From Blepharisma stoltei ATCC 30299 (lineage: Eukaryota; Protista; Ciliophora), in contig CBFDEM010000027.1 in NCBI GenBank assembly GCA_965603825.1, forward strand, positions 1 through 64,000: 64,000 bases of DNA, given 5' to 3'. The notes below the pieces were generated by a model. That model saw nothing but the letters and a program-made list of their open reading frames with translations. It had not been told where the DNA came from and did no database searches. Of the stretch, positions 33,882 to 45,817 are shown piece after piece. Position 1 is the first letter of the stretch, and every line of letters begins with the position of its first letter. The position numbers and the translations under genes are program-made.

Positions 33882-35381
33882 ATGAAAAGCAAACAACTTC
33901 CAACTTTGAAGACTTCACGATCACAACCAGACCTTTATAGAAATTCCCTACCATCCAATAAAACACCCTCATCTCCTCGGCATGACCCTTTTTTAAGCTT
34001 GACACGAAACGAATCAGGAAAGCTGTTGCCGGTATGTCCATCAGGCTTAAGAATTCCTGGCACAGCAAAAAGGCCATCAATTGTTCACCCCCAAGATATT
34101 TTTCAAAACCCCTCAAGCCAAATTCTCCCTCCTCTTAATCCACGCAGAGATTCACTAACATTTTCAACTAGAAAATCAGAGCTTATTGTATCAAGGACTA
34201 CAAAGAATATGAAAAGGTTAGGCACTCCTTGCTTTGGGTCGTCAGGGAGTGAGTCTGCTGAGTCAGTGAGTACCATGCTTACCATTGAAGATATCCCACC
34301 TTTATCTAACGAAAACTATATATATTTAGAAAATCCAGAAACCATTTACCAATTGACTGAAAAAATAGGTGATGGGCCATATGGCTCAGTTTATAAAGCT
34401 TTACATAAATCCACCAAATCAATAGTAGCAATTAAAATAATACGCCTTAATAATGCCGATATCAATCTAATTCAAAAAGATTTAGCAGTTTTAAAGAATT
34501 TCAGGAGCTCAAACATTGTAGAATTTTTAGAATCTTATATAAAAGGCAATGAATTATGAATTATAATGGAGTATTTTAAAGCGTGCTGCATCACAGACCT
34601 AATCCGTAATAATAAAAAATGCTTCGATGAAATCCAGATTTCAGCAATTTGCCAAGCAGCCTTAAGAGCAATCGATTATTTACATCACAATAAAATTTCG
34701 CATGGAAACTTAAAAGGAAGAAATATTTTAATAGAAGAAGGAGGCCTTATTAAGCTTTCTGATTATGGGTTATCAGCAATTTTATTTAAAAATAAAGCAA
34801 AAGTTGAAGCATTTATAAGAAATTCTTATTATATGTCACCTGAGTCTTTGCCACAGCCTAACTTTTATAGATCAGATGATATTTGAAGCTTAGGAATCAC
34901 TGCAATTGAAATGGCTGAAGGGTCTGCGCCCTATATAAACATCCTTCCAGAGCGAGCAATGATTAATATTAAAAGAAATCCAGCTCAATCATTAGCTGAT
35001 ACTCACAAATGGTCAGAAGAATTCAATGATTTTATATCAAAATGTTTAATAATTGACCCAAATCAGCGATCAAGGGCTAAGGATTTATTAATCCATCCTT
35101 TTATTAGAGGTGCCAAAGGGCCTAAAGTTTTAAAGGAATTGCTTATAAATACAAATGAAAAATTAATTGGGAGTGATGAAAATAGGAAGGAAGAAGAAGA
35201 TTGCAATGAACCTGAGAAGCAGGAAAGTGAAGAAACTGTGGTAATGAAATTAATGAAGCATACAGTAAAAAGCCCTAAATCGCCTTGCTTTTTAAAAAGA
35301 CAGCAGCCGCTTCATGGGTCATTTCTCAATAATCAATTGAGGAGAAGAAGTAAAAAAGTAGACTCGTTAAAAGATTGCTAA
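33882..35381 (+). CDS. STE20/MST-like pseudokinase (499 aa, 2 UGA-Trp)
   Basis: Three ORFs in one frame via ELW and DIW TGAs. HGNLKGRN replaces HRDIKAGN, it has DYG and a degenerate activation loop. Paralog of the downstream kinase. Confidence 0.82.
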
Positions 35382-35619
35382 AGCATCTTGATATATAAAA
35401 AATATATCAGTTTTGGTTAATATTATATAATTCATTATAACTAAGATAAGAATTTTTTGATGAGGAAGGATTTGCTATATGGAGAAATTTATTAAATAGA
35501 AGCTAAAACTATTATTATACCTAATATTATCTATTAAATACATATACCATGCCATACAACTGTAGTATAATTCCAATAAGAGTCTTTATCTATAAAAAAT
35601 CCCAAAAATCTCATATAAA

Positions 35620-37062
35620 ATGGCCAATTTGAACATCCAAGACGTAGTCTCAAATCACGAAGACCCAGAAGTCATGTTTCAATTACTTGAAAAGCTTGGA
35701 GAAGGCTCATTCGGATCCGTTCATAAAGGCCTCCACAAGTCCACAGGGACTATCGTAGCTATTAAAATCCTCCAAATCAATAATAACGAAATTGCCTCCA
35801 TCAAGAAAGAAATCTCGATTTTAAAAGCCTGTAGGCACCCTAACATAGTAGGCTATATTGGATCATATATAAAGGGAGACGACCTTTGGCTTATTATAGA
35901 ATACTGCAGCGCCGGCTCTGTGGCTGATTTAATTAGAATTACTAAAAAAACCCTCGATGAGGTTCAAATTGCAAGTGTGTGCCAGGCTGCTTTGAGAGGG
36001 CTTGAGTATTTGCATGATAATAAGAATATTCATAGAGACATTAAGGCGGGGAATATTCTTCTGGATCATAAAGGTATAGCGAAATTGGCTGATTTTGGGG
36101 TTTCTGCACAGCTCTTGCATACACTGTCGAAGAAAGATACTGTGATTGGGACGCCTTATTGGATGTCGCCTGAGGTAATATCAAGGTCTTGTTATAATAA
36201 AAAAACTGATATATGAAGCTTAGGAATCACCGCAATTGAAATGGCTGAAGCTGAGCCTCCTTATTCCAATATTCCTCCAGTGAGGGCTATGTTTACAATC
36301 CAGCGATATCCAGCCCAGTCCCTAACTGAGCCTCGAAAATGGTCTCCTGAATTCAACGATTTTGTAGCAAAATGCTTGACAATTGATCCTAAGCAAAGGC
36401 CAACCGCCAAAGAGCTTTTAATCCACCCCTTTATAAGAAGAGCCAGAGGTCCTGGACTACTCAGCGAACTAGTCGCAAACGCTATGGACAGCATTGAGAG
36501 GTCTCGGACTACAGAAAACATAAGCGAAGGCTCCGAATCAGAAGAAGAAGCAGAATGTGACAATGGCAGCATGGTCTATAAAGGCACCGAAGAATTTGAC
36601 TCAGGAACCGTAATCCAATACGACACCATGGTCGAAATCCCTGAAGAAAACAAAATGTCAACGATCATTATAAAAGACGGAAAAGAGAAAAATAAAGAAA
36701 CAGAGCAGCAGGGGACTGTACGAATTGATTACTCAGATGAAGAAGAAGAAAACGTGGAACCTGATTTCATGAAACTTGTGAGACAGGCTGAAGGCATCCC
36801 AGAACCAAAACCACAAGCTAAGAAAGCTCCCCAATCCCCCCAGCCTCCATCTGTTCACAACCCTCCTAGCGCTAATAACTCCCAAAAACCCCAAATCCCT
36901 CCAGAATTCAAAGGAATGTCAATCGAATACATTGAAAAATCCTTAAAAAGGCTAAATGTGGACATGCTTGCAGAAATTGAAGCTGTGAAGTCTAGGTACG
37001 CAGAAAGGATCAAGCCACTTGAGAAGATTCTTGAAGTGATGAGGCATGATGAAAAAAGATAA
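35620..37062 (+). CDS. Hippo/MST1-2 (STK3/4)-like STE20 kinase with C-terminal SARAH domain (480 aa)
   Basis: LGEGSFG, HRDIKAGN, DFG, DTVIGTPYWMSPE and DIW(TGA)SLG. The C-terminal FKGMSIEYIEKSLKRLNVDMLAEIEAVKSRY..RIKPL resembles SARAH. Confidence 0.9.
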
Positions 37063-37109
37063 TAATAACTCTTTCATTTAAATGTACTTATCAGAAAAAA
37101 TTGACTAAA

Positions 37110-37778
37110 ATGGAAGCTTTTCTAGGGACTATTGGGACAATTTTAGGGTTTGGGTGCACACTGATGCCAATTTATACATTTTATGAGGCGGAAAAAACGA
37201 AAAACCTTGAGAAGTTTTCACATTTAGGGATGATGGTATGTAATGTAAATACGATTGTGTGGGTCGTGTATGCGTATTTAGGAAATGAAATGACGATACT
37301 GATTAATACGATTGTCTGTGGAGGTTTAAATTTTGTGTATTTATTATGATATCATAAAATAAAGGGAGATATTTTGGAGTTTGTAAGCAAATTTTTGGTG
37401 ACAGCGCTGATTTTTGTGGGAAGTTTTATAGGATTGTGCTCGTTTAACGTGATTGGACAAGTGGCAACAATGGTGAGCTTGATCGGGTGTTTTCCACCAT
37501 TGGAACAAATAGGTTTAGCTTTAAAGGAAAAAAGCCACAGATATTTTGATATTGTTTGCATTATCCCAGGATTTTTATGTGTAAACATATGGTTGTGATA
37601 TGGAATTTTGACTAGTAATTTTCATATTATTATCCCAAACATAATTACTTTTGTGATAGCGACAATGCAGATACTTCTTTATATGTGGGCTAAAGGATAT
37701 TTTGAAAGCTATATACTAGATGAATTATCAAAAGACTATTGGAAATTATCATCAATAAAGAAAGTTAACACATTATAA
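37110..37778 (+). CDS. SWEET/MtN3 sugar transporter (222 aa, 2 UGA-Trp)
   Basis: Two MtN3 repeats (LMP..TF...WVVYA...N; FPPL....K..WLWYG...IIPN...Q), 7 TM helices, and a TAA at 37776-37778. Confidence 0.85.
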
Positions 37779-37921
37779 GACTTTTTTACAATTAATTTAC
37801 CTTAAACATATTTTTTAAGCATTGTTTTGTATAAAAAATATTTCAATAATAAATCTGCCTCTATTGATATCCATTTTCGTCATTTTTATGCTGTTGTTAT
37901 AAATAAAAATCAATCTTTTTT

Positions 37922-39268
37922 ATGAGTTTTCTGCACAAAATCAGTTCAATTGGCTCTAAAATTGGAGCTGATGAAGTTAAGTACGATTTAAATGTTACAA
38001 TACACCATATTACAGCAAAATTAAACACTGGAGGCATTTTTAAAGTTGTAGTGAAGCGAGGCGCTGACAAAAAAGAAGAAACCCAGCCAATGCACTATGA
38101 TGCAGCCCAATCCAAGGTCATTTTTGAGTATCCAGTTTCTTTTTTAGTCACAATGTATAGAAAAGGGAATAAATTTGGCAAAAAAGATCTCAGCTTCAGG
38201 ATGGTGGATTTATCAGCCAATAAAAAAGGAGAAAAGAATGGAAAAGCTATAATAGAAGTCCAAGATTTGGCGATAGCAAATTCATCAATAATAAGAAAAG
38301 AGTTTCCATTGAAGGGATGCACTGATAAAAAAGCTGTGATTTGTGTTAGTATTAGCGCAGCTGAAACTATAAATGATAGAAATCAGTCTGTTTATAGTAA
38401 TGAAAAACCGGGAAATAGATATAGAGGGAGAATCCAAACTTCGACTAGGATTTTTAACCCGGATTCGCCTATAAGAAATTACAATAGAAACGCTACTTTT
38501 GTGGCTAATAGTGAGTACTTAGACCAGAAGAACAGGCTTTCGTCAAGTTTTGCAGGAATTGAAAGGCATGATGAGGAAGAAATTGACACAGAAAAAAGGA
38601 CAGAAGTTAATGAAAGCTTATTCAGAACAAATTCTGTTAACACACAAGAAAGTGAAGAAATTGTTAGAAATTTATCTGATCAGTATTATGAGCCTGAAGA
38701 TCAAAGATCTCCACAGAAGAAATTCACTTATAAGGCTGAGCCCATTTTTGATTTTGATGAGTTTATATCATCTCCTCAAGCTGAGCAACCTATAATTCCT
38801 AATGATTCATCACCAGCTGAAGCTTCAGCAAATGAAATTTTAAATCCTGAAGAATTAACAATTAAAACTGAAAATGAAGAAAATATTTTACTTGATGAAA
38901 AAAATAAGCCAGAAGAAGAGTTAATTATAGAAGTTGATGAAAAAGAAGAAGAGGATAAAGAAAACGAAGCAAAAATCGAAATTCCTATAATTTCTCCAAG
39001 AAGCTTAATATATAGAAATCTCGAAATATTGAAAGAAAATATAATAAATCCTAAAGAATCTTGTATAGAATCTGAAGCATCAAGTTCGGAAGAAGAATTA
39101 ATAGAAATTGACCAGGAAGAATTAATTAAAGCTCAGCTCCCGCCCTCAAGATTAGATCAAGCTGTGGCGAATGCAAAAAGCAAAGAAAAGCAGTTATCAG
39201 AAAAAGAAAAATCAAATGGACTTGTTGAGACAAGACGAGCAGCTTGTGCGAAATGCACTGTATTTTAA
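37922..39268 (+). CDS. NT-C2 (EEIG1/EHBP1-type) domain protein with acidic tail and CaaX box (448 aa)
   Basis: N-terminal C2-like strands (KYDLNVTIHHI, VVKRG, VTMYRK...KKDLSF) and C-terminal CAKCTVF*. Confidence 0.72.
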   Translation: MSFLHKISSIGSKIGADEVKYDLNVTIHHITAKLNTGGIFKVVVKRGADKKEETQPMHYDAAQSKVIFEYPVSFLVTMYRKGNKFGKKDLSFRMVDLSANKKGEKNGKAIIEVQDLAIANSSIIRKEFPLKGCTDKKAVICVSISAAETINDRNQSVYSNEKPGNRYRGRIQTSTRIFNPDSPIRNYNRNATFVANSEYLDQKNRLSSSFAGIERHDEEEIDTEKRTEVNESLFRTNSVNTQESEEIVRNLSDQYYEPEDQRSPQKKFTYKAEPIFDFDEFISSPQAEQPIIPNDSSPAEASANEILNPEELTIKTENEENILLDEKNKPEEELIIEVDEKEEEDKENEAKIEIPIISPRSLIYRNLEILKENIINPKESCIESEASSSEEELIEIDQEELIKAQLPPSRLDQAVANAKSKEKQLSEKEKSNGLVETRRAACAKCTVF

Positions 39269-39482
39269 AGAAATTAATTAAATTTTGAAAGTATAAAAAA
39301 ATTTCTTGAAACTATAAGCTACATAATAAGAAAAAGATAATAATCTAGGCATGACCTTTTCTAGAATGATCCATGACTTACCAATTGTGTATAGAATTAT
39401 TTGACTAGAACGATTTTTAAGCACAATATTTTTCTTAAATTTTCATATTAAACTTAGATTGCTTCCTTCTTATCAATAGAGG

Positions 39483-39674
39483 CTAGGCCTTCCGAGCTGG
39501 CTCCTTCCGTTCTTCTTCCTCTTTTCGTTTCAGAGCCTCTTCTTGCTTTTTCCTCATCACTTCTGCATCTTTTTCTTTTCGTTTGTTAAAGTCTGGCTTC
39601 TTCTCTTTAGATTTATTTTCTTCTCTTTTGGCTCCACGCTTTCTATTTTCTTCTCTTTGGTTGCCTCTTGTCAT
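39483..39674 (-). CDS. SERF: Small EDRK-rich factor (SERF/4F5)
   Basis: Signature MTRGNQRE..R...KDAEVMRKKQ. Confidence 0.9.
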   Translation of the reverse strand: MTRGNQREENRKRGAKREENKSKEKKPDFNKRKEKDAEVMRKKQEEALKRKEEEERKEPARKA

Positions 39675-39740
39675 ATTATATTTATAATCAATATGTCGTT
39701 TATTTAATATCTATTTCATAAAAATGCCATTACAAATTTA

Positions 39741-42458
39741 TTAGGAACTTTTTAAAACTTTAAATGAGCGCTTGTCTTCAACTGGGGATTTTCTTTTCAA
39801 TTCGACTGTGTCAAAATCAATTGAGGACAAGTCAAGGTCGAACTCAAATTTCGCTTCTTTTTTTTCTATGTTATTGGATTCTTTGAAATGCTTGATTTCT
39901 TGTATGAATTCTTGTGCGATTTGTGAACTTGAATCAGGTAAATCACTGATTAACTTATTTAGAGAGTCAGTTGATAATATTTGCTCTTTATTAAGGTTTT
40001 GTTTTCTAGCAAGCCGGTTTCGAACAAGTTCTAGTCTTTCAAACAATTCTTCTTTAAGTTCTTCGCTTAAAGCTGGACCATTTGAAGGTCTAGGTGCAGA
40101 ATTAACTAAAGGAATAGAAATTTTTGGAATATTTTGATATGAGTTTTCTATATCCATAGTAAGATCACTTGCTTTTTTTGCGCATTCTCTTGTTGAATTG
40201 TTTTCACTTTCGCTAGTTGGAACATTTATAATGCTCCCTTTGATTTCAAACATAAGTTTGATTTTTAATTCCCCTCTTCGAAGTTTATACATATTTGGTC
40301 CGATTTCAATTACAGTATTATACATGTTTTTGAAATTTTTAACTGATTTTTCTCTTAAAATATCCTCAGATACCATTCTCCTTAGTATTCTTTCTATGTC
40401 CTCTTTGCTCATCTCAGATAAAAGTCCAAAAAATTCATGGTGTTTTAAATTTTCATTTTTTCGTGTATTAGCTCCTTTTAATAATGAGGCTACCTGCAAC
40501 AGAGTATTAACCCCTCCTCTTGGCCCTTCAAAAATATCAGCGACTTTTTGGCAGATTTGTGTCATGTCTTTTTCAATGCCTTTTCTCCCAGATTTACAGT
40601 TATCACAAGTCCTATTGCATAATTTCTCATCAAAATCCTCCCCAAAAAACCCAAGCTGGAGCTTTCTTCTACAAGTAAAAATATCTTCACAGTATCCTAT
40701 TACGACTTGCAGCTCATGAAAATTGAACTCTTGCCTATTTCCTGCTTTAAAAGATTTGTGAATTAAATACTCCTGCTTCATTTTGTCACCAAAATTGTAA
40801 AATAGAATACAATCAGCAGGATTTCCGTCTCGGCCAGCCCTCCCAGATTCTTGATAATAATTTTCCATTGATTTTGGAAGTGAGTAATGAATGACAAATC
40901 TGACGTCTTTTTTATCAATTCCCATACCAAAAGCTACAGTTGCCACCAAAACTTTAATTTCACCATTCATTCATTTAGTCTGCACCTTGCTTCTTTTATC
41001 TGGCGTTAATTTTGCATGATAATACCCAGCCTTTATTTTATGCTCTTTTTTTAAATTTCTTGAAACCATTTCGCAGTCTTTTTTCGAAATACAGTAAATA
41101 ATCCCAGTTTGGTTTGGATATTGGTTTTTTATTATTTTTCCAATTTCCTCATTGATTTTTTTGAACTTAGGACGGACTTCATAATAAAGATTTGGCCTGT
41201 TAAAACTTGTAAGAAAAATGATAGGATTCCTCATTCCAAGCACTCTAACTATATCTTCGCGGACTTTTTCTGTAGCTGTAGCTGTTAGTGCTATAATCGG
41301 GATTTCTGGGAAATGATCTCTAAATAGTCCAAGCTTTAAATAATCACTTCTAAAATCCCTTCCCCATTGACTTACACAGTGGGCTTCATCTATCGCAATC
41401 CTCTCAATTTTCCCATCCCTATACAGCTGTCCTAATATATTATTCATTTTTTCGCTTTTTGACAATTTTTCAGGAGTCACAAAAACAATTTTGACTGAAG
41501 TATCATTAAGAAGATCTTGATAAATTTGGTTTTGTTCTTCAAAACCTTGGCTTGAGCTAAACATTCTGCATTCAATCCCTTTTGACTTTAGTTGATTCAT
41601 TTGGTCAAAAATCAAAGAAATTAAAGGCATGACCACCAATGTGAGCCCTCTGCTGACGACAGCTGGTAGTTGAAAAGTCAAGCTTTTCCCTCCTCCAGTT
41701 GGCATACACACAAAGACATCTCTTTTGCTTAAAACTGCATTAATGACTTCTTCTTGGTTTGGCCTGAATGATGGGTTTTTAAATGTGACTTGATTTAAAC
41801 TTTTAATGCTTCGACTTCATGGAAAGTCACGTTTCCATTCACTTGTGGCAGTTGTTAATGAGGATTTTATAGGAGATGTGAAGCTTCGTTCTCTGATTTC
41901 TGGGATATCTTGATTGTAAGAAGGGTTTGAGAAGCTTGAAGTTGGCTCTTTGGTATATCCTTTATTGGGTTTTGTGTCAGAATAGTCTGGAAAATTATTG
42001 GAGTAATTTGAGGATTGTTTTATGGGCTTTGGTTGGGTGTAAGGTTGTGAAATATTTGTGGGCTGAAAATTGCTGAAAGAGTCAGCTGGGTCTTTGTATT
42101 TTAATTCGATACTCTTTTTTGGCTCAATAAATCTGGGAGGTGGCTGGATGTACGATTTTTGCTGCATTTCATAAGTCGGTGGGATATTTTTTGAGGTCTG
42201 ATTAGTTTTTATAGGCACTGGCTCAAAATTGCTATAGGATTTGGGCTCTTGATTTTTCTTCTCTAAAATTGGTTTTGGCAGAGATGACTTATTGCCAATT
42301 GAGCTTTGGCGCGTTTGTCCTATTCAGTTTACTTTTTCTAAAACTTCTTTATAAGTTCATTTTCGGTCCTTAGGGGAATGATTTACTTCTCTTTCTGTTA
42401 TGCTTTCTAAAGGCAATTTCTGAAATTTTGCTAATTGAAGTTCAAGATTATTTTTCAT
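39741..42458 (-). CDS. BLM: RecQ helicase, BLM/Sgs1 type (905 aa, 4 UGA-Trp)
   Basis: [42 protein letters not shown] zinc site CRR...C..CDNC and an HRDC-like end. The N-terminal NNLELQL resembles BLM NNLQEQL. The frame is open from ATG 42458. Confidence 0.9.
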
Positions 42459-42700
42459 ATTAATTATTCGTTTCCCATTATATCATTAGGCTCATAAATC
42501 AGCTGAAATTATCATTTCTATGCTTCATTGAGAACGAAGTTTTTATTAGTAAATAAATCATTTTCACACTAAAACCTATAACTGTTTAGTGAATTTCCAA
42601 AGAAATTTGATATATTTATATAATAGTTACACGTATTAGAATAGCTATACTAATAAACATTTTGACTGTGTTTTATCAGGTTATTATCTAAAATTATTAA

Positions 42701-44123
42701 ATGAACTCAAAACTTTCCTCAAGCTTATCAAGTTCCCAGCTAATTTATAAAAAAACCACAAAAACTCCGAGAAGCCTTTCCAATGTAACCCTCACCCCAA
42801 AAAAGATTTTAAAACAAATTTTCCCTACAAGACGAAATCTAAGCTTGGCAGCTGATAATGAAAATGCAAATCTTGAAGCTTCAGCACGAATTCACTCAAG
42901 GCGATCTCCCCGTGCAGCCCAATCTCCAGCAAACCAATCGAATTCTTCTACCCCAAATAATTCCACTAGCATATCTCATGCAAAACTCCACAAATTCAGC
43001 CCTCGGACAATTCTAACAGCAAAAAATTCCACCAAAACCCCTAGGTCTTCTTCTCTATTTTCCCCTCATCAGTCTAGCTTACTGACTCCTCAAAACTCTC
43101 ATATAAAATCCCCAAAATTCACTTTAGAAGAGTCCCTCAAAGCTTACAACCTCAAAAAACATGCCAAAAATGCTTCAAAAAAGAGCCATTCCACTATCAA
43201 TTTATCATCCAGTGCAAGAGAAGTCCCTCAAGAAAGCTTCAAAGAAAATCCGAACAGTCCTCCAAACCTAGCTGAATTAATCACACAAGTGAAACCATCA
43301 GAATCTAAAGAAAAAGGCAGCTCAAAACTGATGAAAATGAAGGCAGATGCTATATATAGAGAACATTTATTTCAGACTTGCCAAGCTTTGAAATTTATTA
43401 AGAGGCTGCAGCCAGCAAGTTTTCTTCAGCTGAATGAAAAGAAAATTAATTTGCCTAGAAAAGAAGGCACTGAGGGTAAGAAAACTCTTGTTTTTGATTT
43501 AGATGAAACTTTGGTACATTGTAATGAGGTTAATAAAAAATATAAACCTGATGTAATTTTGCCTATTCATTTTGTCACTGGGGAAGTCATCAATGTAAAT
43601 CTTTAATTAGGCTGGAATTAGCGTCAGACCATACACAAAAGAGTGCTTAGAATATGCAAGTCAAAATTTTGAAGTCATTGTTTTTACTGCGAGCCACCAG
43701 TGTTACGCTGACAGAGTTCTCGATTATTTGGATCCTAATAATGAACTAATTCACCACCGACTTTATAGAGAGAGCTGTATAGTCACACAAGGAGTCTACA
43801 TAAAAGATTTAAGGATTTTCTTAAATCGCGATCTAAATGATCTGATAATAGTAGATAATGCGGTTTATAGCTTTGCGTATCAGCTTGACAATGGAATTCC
43901 TATTATTTCGTGATTTGATGACAAAAATGACACTGAGCTTTTTAATTTAATTGACTATTTAAAAATATTGCAGACTGTTCCGGATATTAGAGAAGTCAAT
44001 AGGAAAACGTTTAAGCTTTATTCACTGGCGGAAGAAAGTGATGAAAAGGTGGCGCATCAAGTCAAAAGAAGGGTGGCACATAGAAAAGCGAGATCTGTGG
44101 ATGTAACTAAAAATAATGAGTAA
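42701..44123 (+). CDS. CTD small phosphatase (FCP1/SCP, NIF-domain HAD), 2 exons, 1 UGA-Trp
   Basis: Motifs DLDETLVH, VRPY, FTAS..YAD.VLD.LDP, YIKDL, VDN and NGIPIISW. Intron 43595-43610; TAA at 44121-44123. Confidence 0.9.
43595..43610 (+). other. 16-nt spliceosomal intron GTAAATCTTTAATTAG
   Basis: Removal corrects the frame between DLDET and the downstream VRPY/FTAS motifs. Confidence 0.9.
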
Positions 44124-44130
44124 ATAAAAT

Positions 44131-45474
44131 ATGCATTCTGCTTTTAACTACTTAGTTATTGGTGGTGGTAGCGGAGGCTTGGCTTCAGCCAGAAGAGCTG
44201 CCAAATACGGCATGAAAGTCGCTCTTATCGAAAACAGCAGACTTGGCGGCACTTGTGTCAACCTCGGCTGTGTCCCTAAAAAAGTCATGTGGAATGCTGC
44301 ACATCTTATTGAAGATCGCAAAGTCTATGACTCTTATGGTTTTTCCTCAGGCCTCTCCACAGACTGGGCAACCTTAAAAGCCAACCGTGATGCATATATC
44401 GAGAGAATAAACAACACCTACATCACAAACCTAAAAAAAGAAGGAGTCGAGGTGCTCAAAGGATTCGCCAAGTTCTCAGGAAAATCCTCTATAGTCGTCA
44501 ATGATTCTTCAGAATATACCTCATCAAATATCTTAATTGCCTCAGGCTCTGAAGCGACATATCCTGATATTCCTGGAAAAGAGCTTCTCAGCAGCAGTGA
44601 TGATTTTTTCTATTTACAAGAAAAGCCTAAAAAGGTGCTTATACTAGGAAATGGGTATATTGCATGCGAGCTTGCCTGTATGCTAAATTCTTTTGGAGTA
44701 GACACTACATTAGCTATACGTGTAAACCAATTTTTAAGAGCTTTTGACGCGGATTTGACTAAAATTTTGAAAGAATATATGGAGCAAGAAGGTGTAAAAT
44801 TCAAAATGCAGACTTTAATTTCAGAGGCTAAAAAAATAGGTGATAAGCTGGAAGCGACTTTTAATAATGGCGAAAAAGACCAATATGATAAAATTTTTTG
44901 TGCTATTGGGAGAAAGGCTAAAATAGGGGGAATGAATTTAGAGCTCACTGGAGTAAAACAAAAAGATGACGGGTTTATCATTACAAATGAATGGGAAGAA
45001 ACTTCAACAAAAGGGATTTATGCACTTGGAGATGTCACTGGAAAAATCCAATTGACTCCAGTTGCAATTGCTGCAGGGAGAAGGCTTTCTGATAGGCTTT
45101 TTGCAGGCAAAACCGACTCTAAATTGGACTATAGCAATGTGCCAACTGTTATGTTTTCGCATCCTCCATTAGGAACTGTAGGGCTGACTGAGCTGCAAGC
45201 TCGAGCGAAGTATGGAGATGATGTAAAAGTTTATTATAAAAAATTCACAAATATGTTTTTCTCGTTATCTCCACATAAAGAGCCGACTGTAATGAAAGTG
45301 GTTTGTGTTGGGAATGAAGAAAGGATTGTAGGAATGCACGGGCTTGGAAGAGGTGTTGACGAAATGATTCAAGGATTTTCAGTAGCTGTTAAGATGGGAG
45401 CAAGAAAGAAAGATTTGGATAATACAGTAGCAATTCATCCGACTGCAAGTGAAGAGTTTGTCACAATGACTTAA
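44131..45474 (+). CDS. GSR: Glutathione reductase (447 aa)
   Basis: GGGSGG FAD motif, [13 protein letters not shown] redox disulfide, [10 protein letters not shown] and [11 protein letters not shown]. Confidence 0.96.
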   Translation: MHSAFNYLVIGGGSGGLASARRAAKYGMKVALIENSRLGGTCVNLGCVPKKVMWNAAHLIEDRKVYDSYGFSSGLSTDWATLKANRDAYIERINNTYITNLKKEGVEVLKGFAKFSGKSSIVVNDSSEYTSSNILIASGSEATYPDIPGKELLSSSDDFFYLQEKPKKVLILGNGYIACELACMLNSFGVDTTLAIRVNQFLRAFDADLTKILKEYMEQEGVKFKMQTLISEAKKIGDKLEATFNNGEKDQYDKIFCAIGRKAKIGGMNLELTGVKQKDDGFIITNEWEETSTKGIYALGDVTGKIQLTPVAIAAGRRLSDRLFAGKTDSKLDYSNVPTVMFSHPPLGTVGLTELQARAKYGDDVKVYYKKFTNMFFSLSPHKEPTVMKVVCVGNEERIVGMHGLGRGVDEMIQGFSVAVKMGARKKDLDNTVAIHPTASEEFVTMT

Positions 45475-45817
45475 ACATAAATAGATTTTTTATACTAAAG
45501 CAATAAAAACTAAAATGGTAGCTTTAGATAATAAAGTTTAAATAATATATCGCTTTTAAGACCATACAAAGAAATTAGACTAAAACCAAATTAAAATCTT
45601 ATGTATTGCTATAAGTTTCAAATTAATTAAAGCAAGGCTATCTGTATATTACTTCTCTAAAAAAACTTTATCTAATCGTTTGAAAAATCAAATATAACTT
45701 TTGATTATGTCACCAAAACTTGTGGTAAAAAATTCATAAAAAACACTTTTTCGCTTTAAAATTCCAAAATATATTAAAGCTCATATATTTATTAGATAAT
45801 ATTAGGTAAATAAAATA

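Noticed and set aside
44131-45474. Glutathione reductase as bacterial contamination or an operon member
   Set aside because: The compact GR type also occurs in eukaryotes. Its composition matches the neighbours and the adjacent gene has a 16-nt intron and UGA-Trp. Horizontal transfer cannot be judged without a phylogeny.
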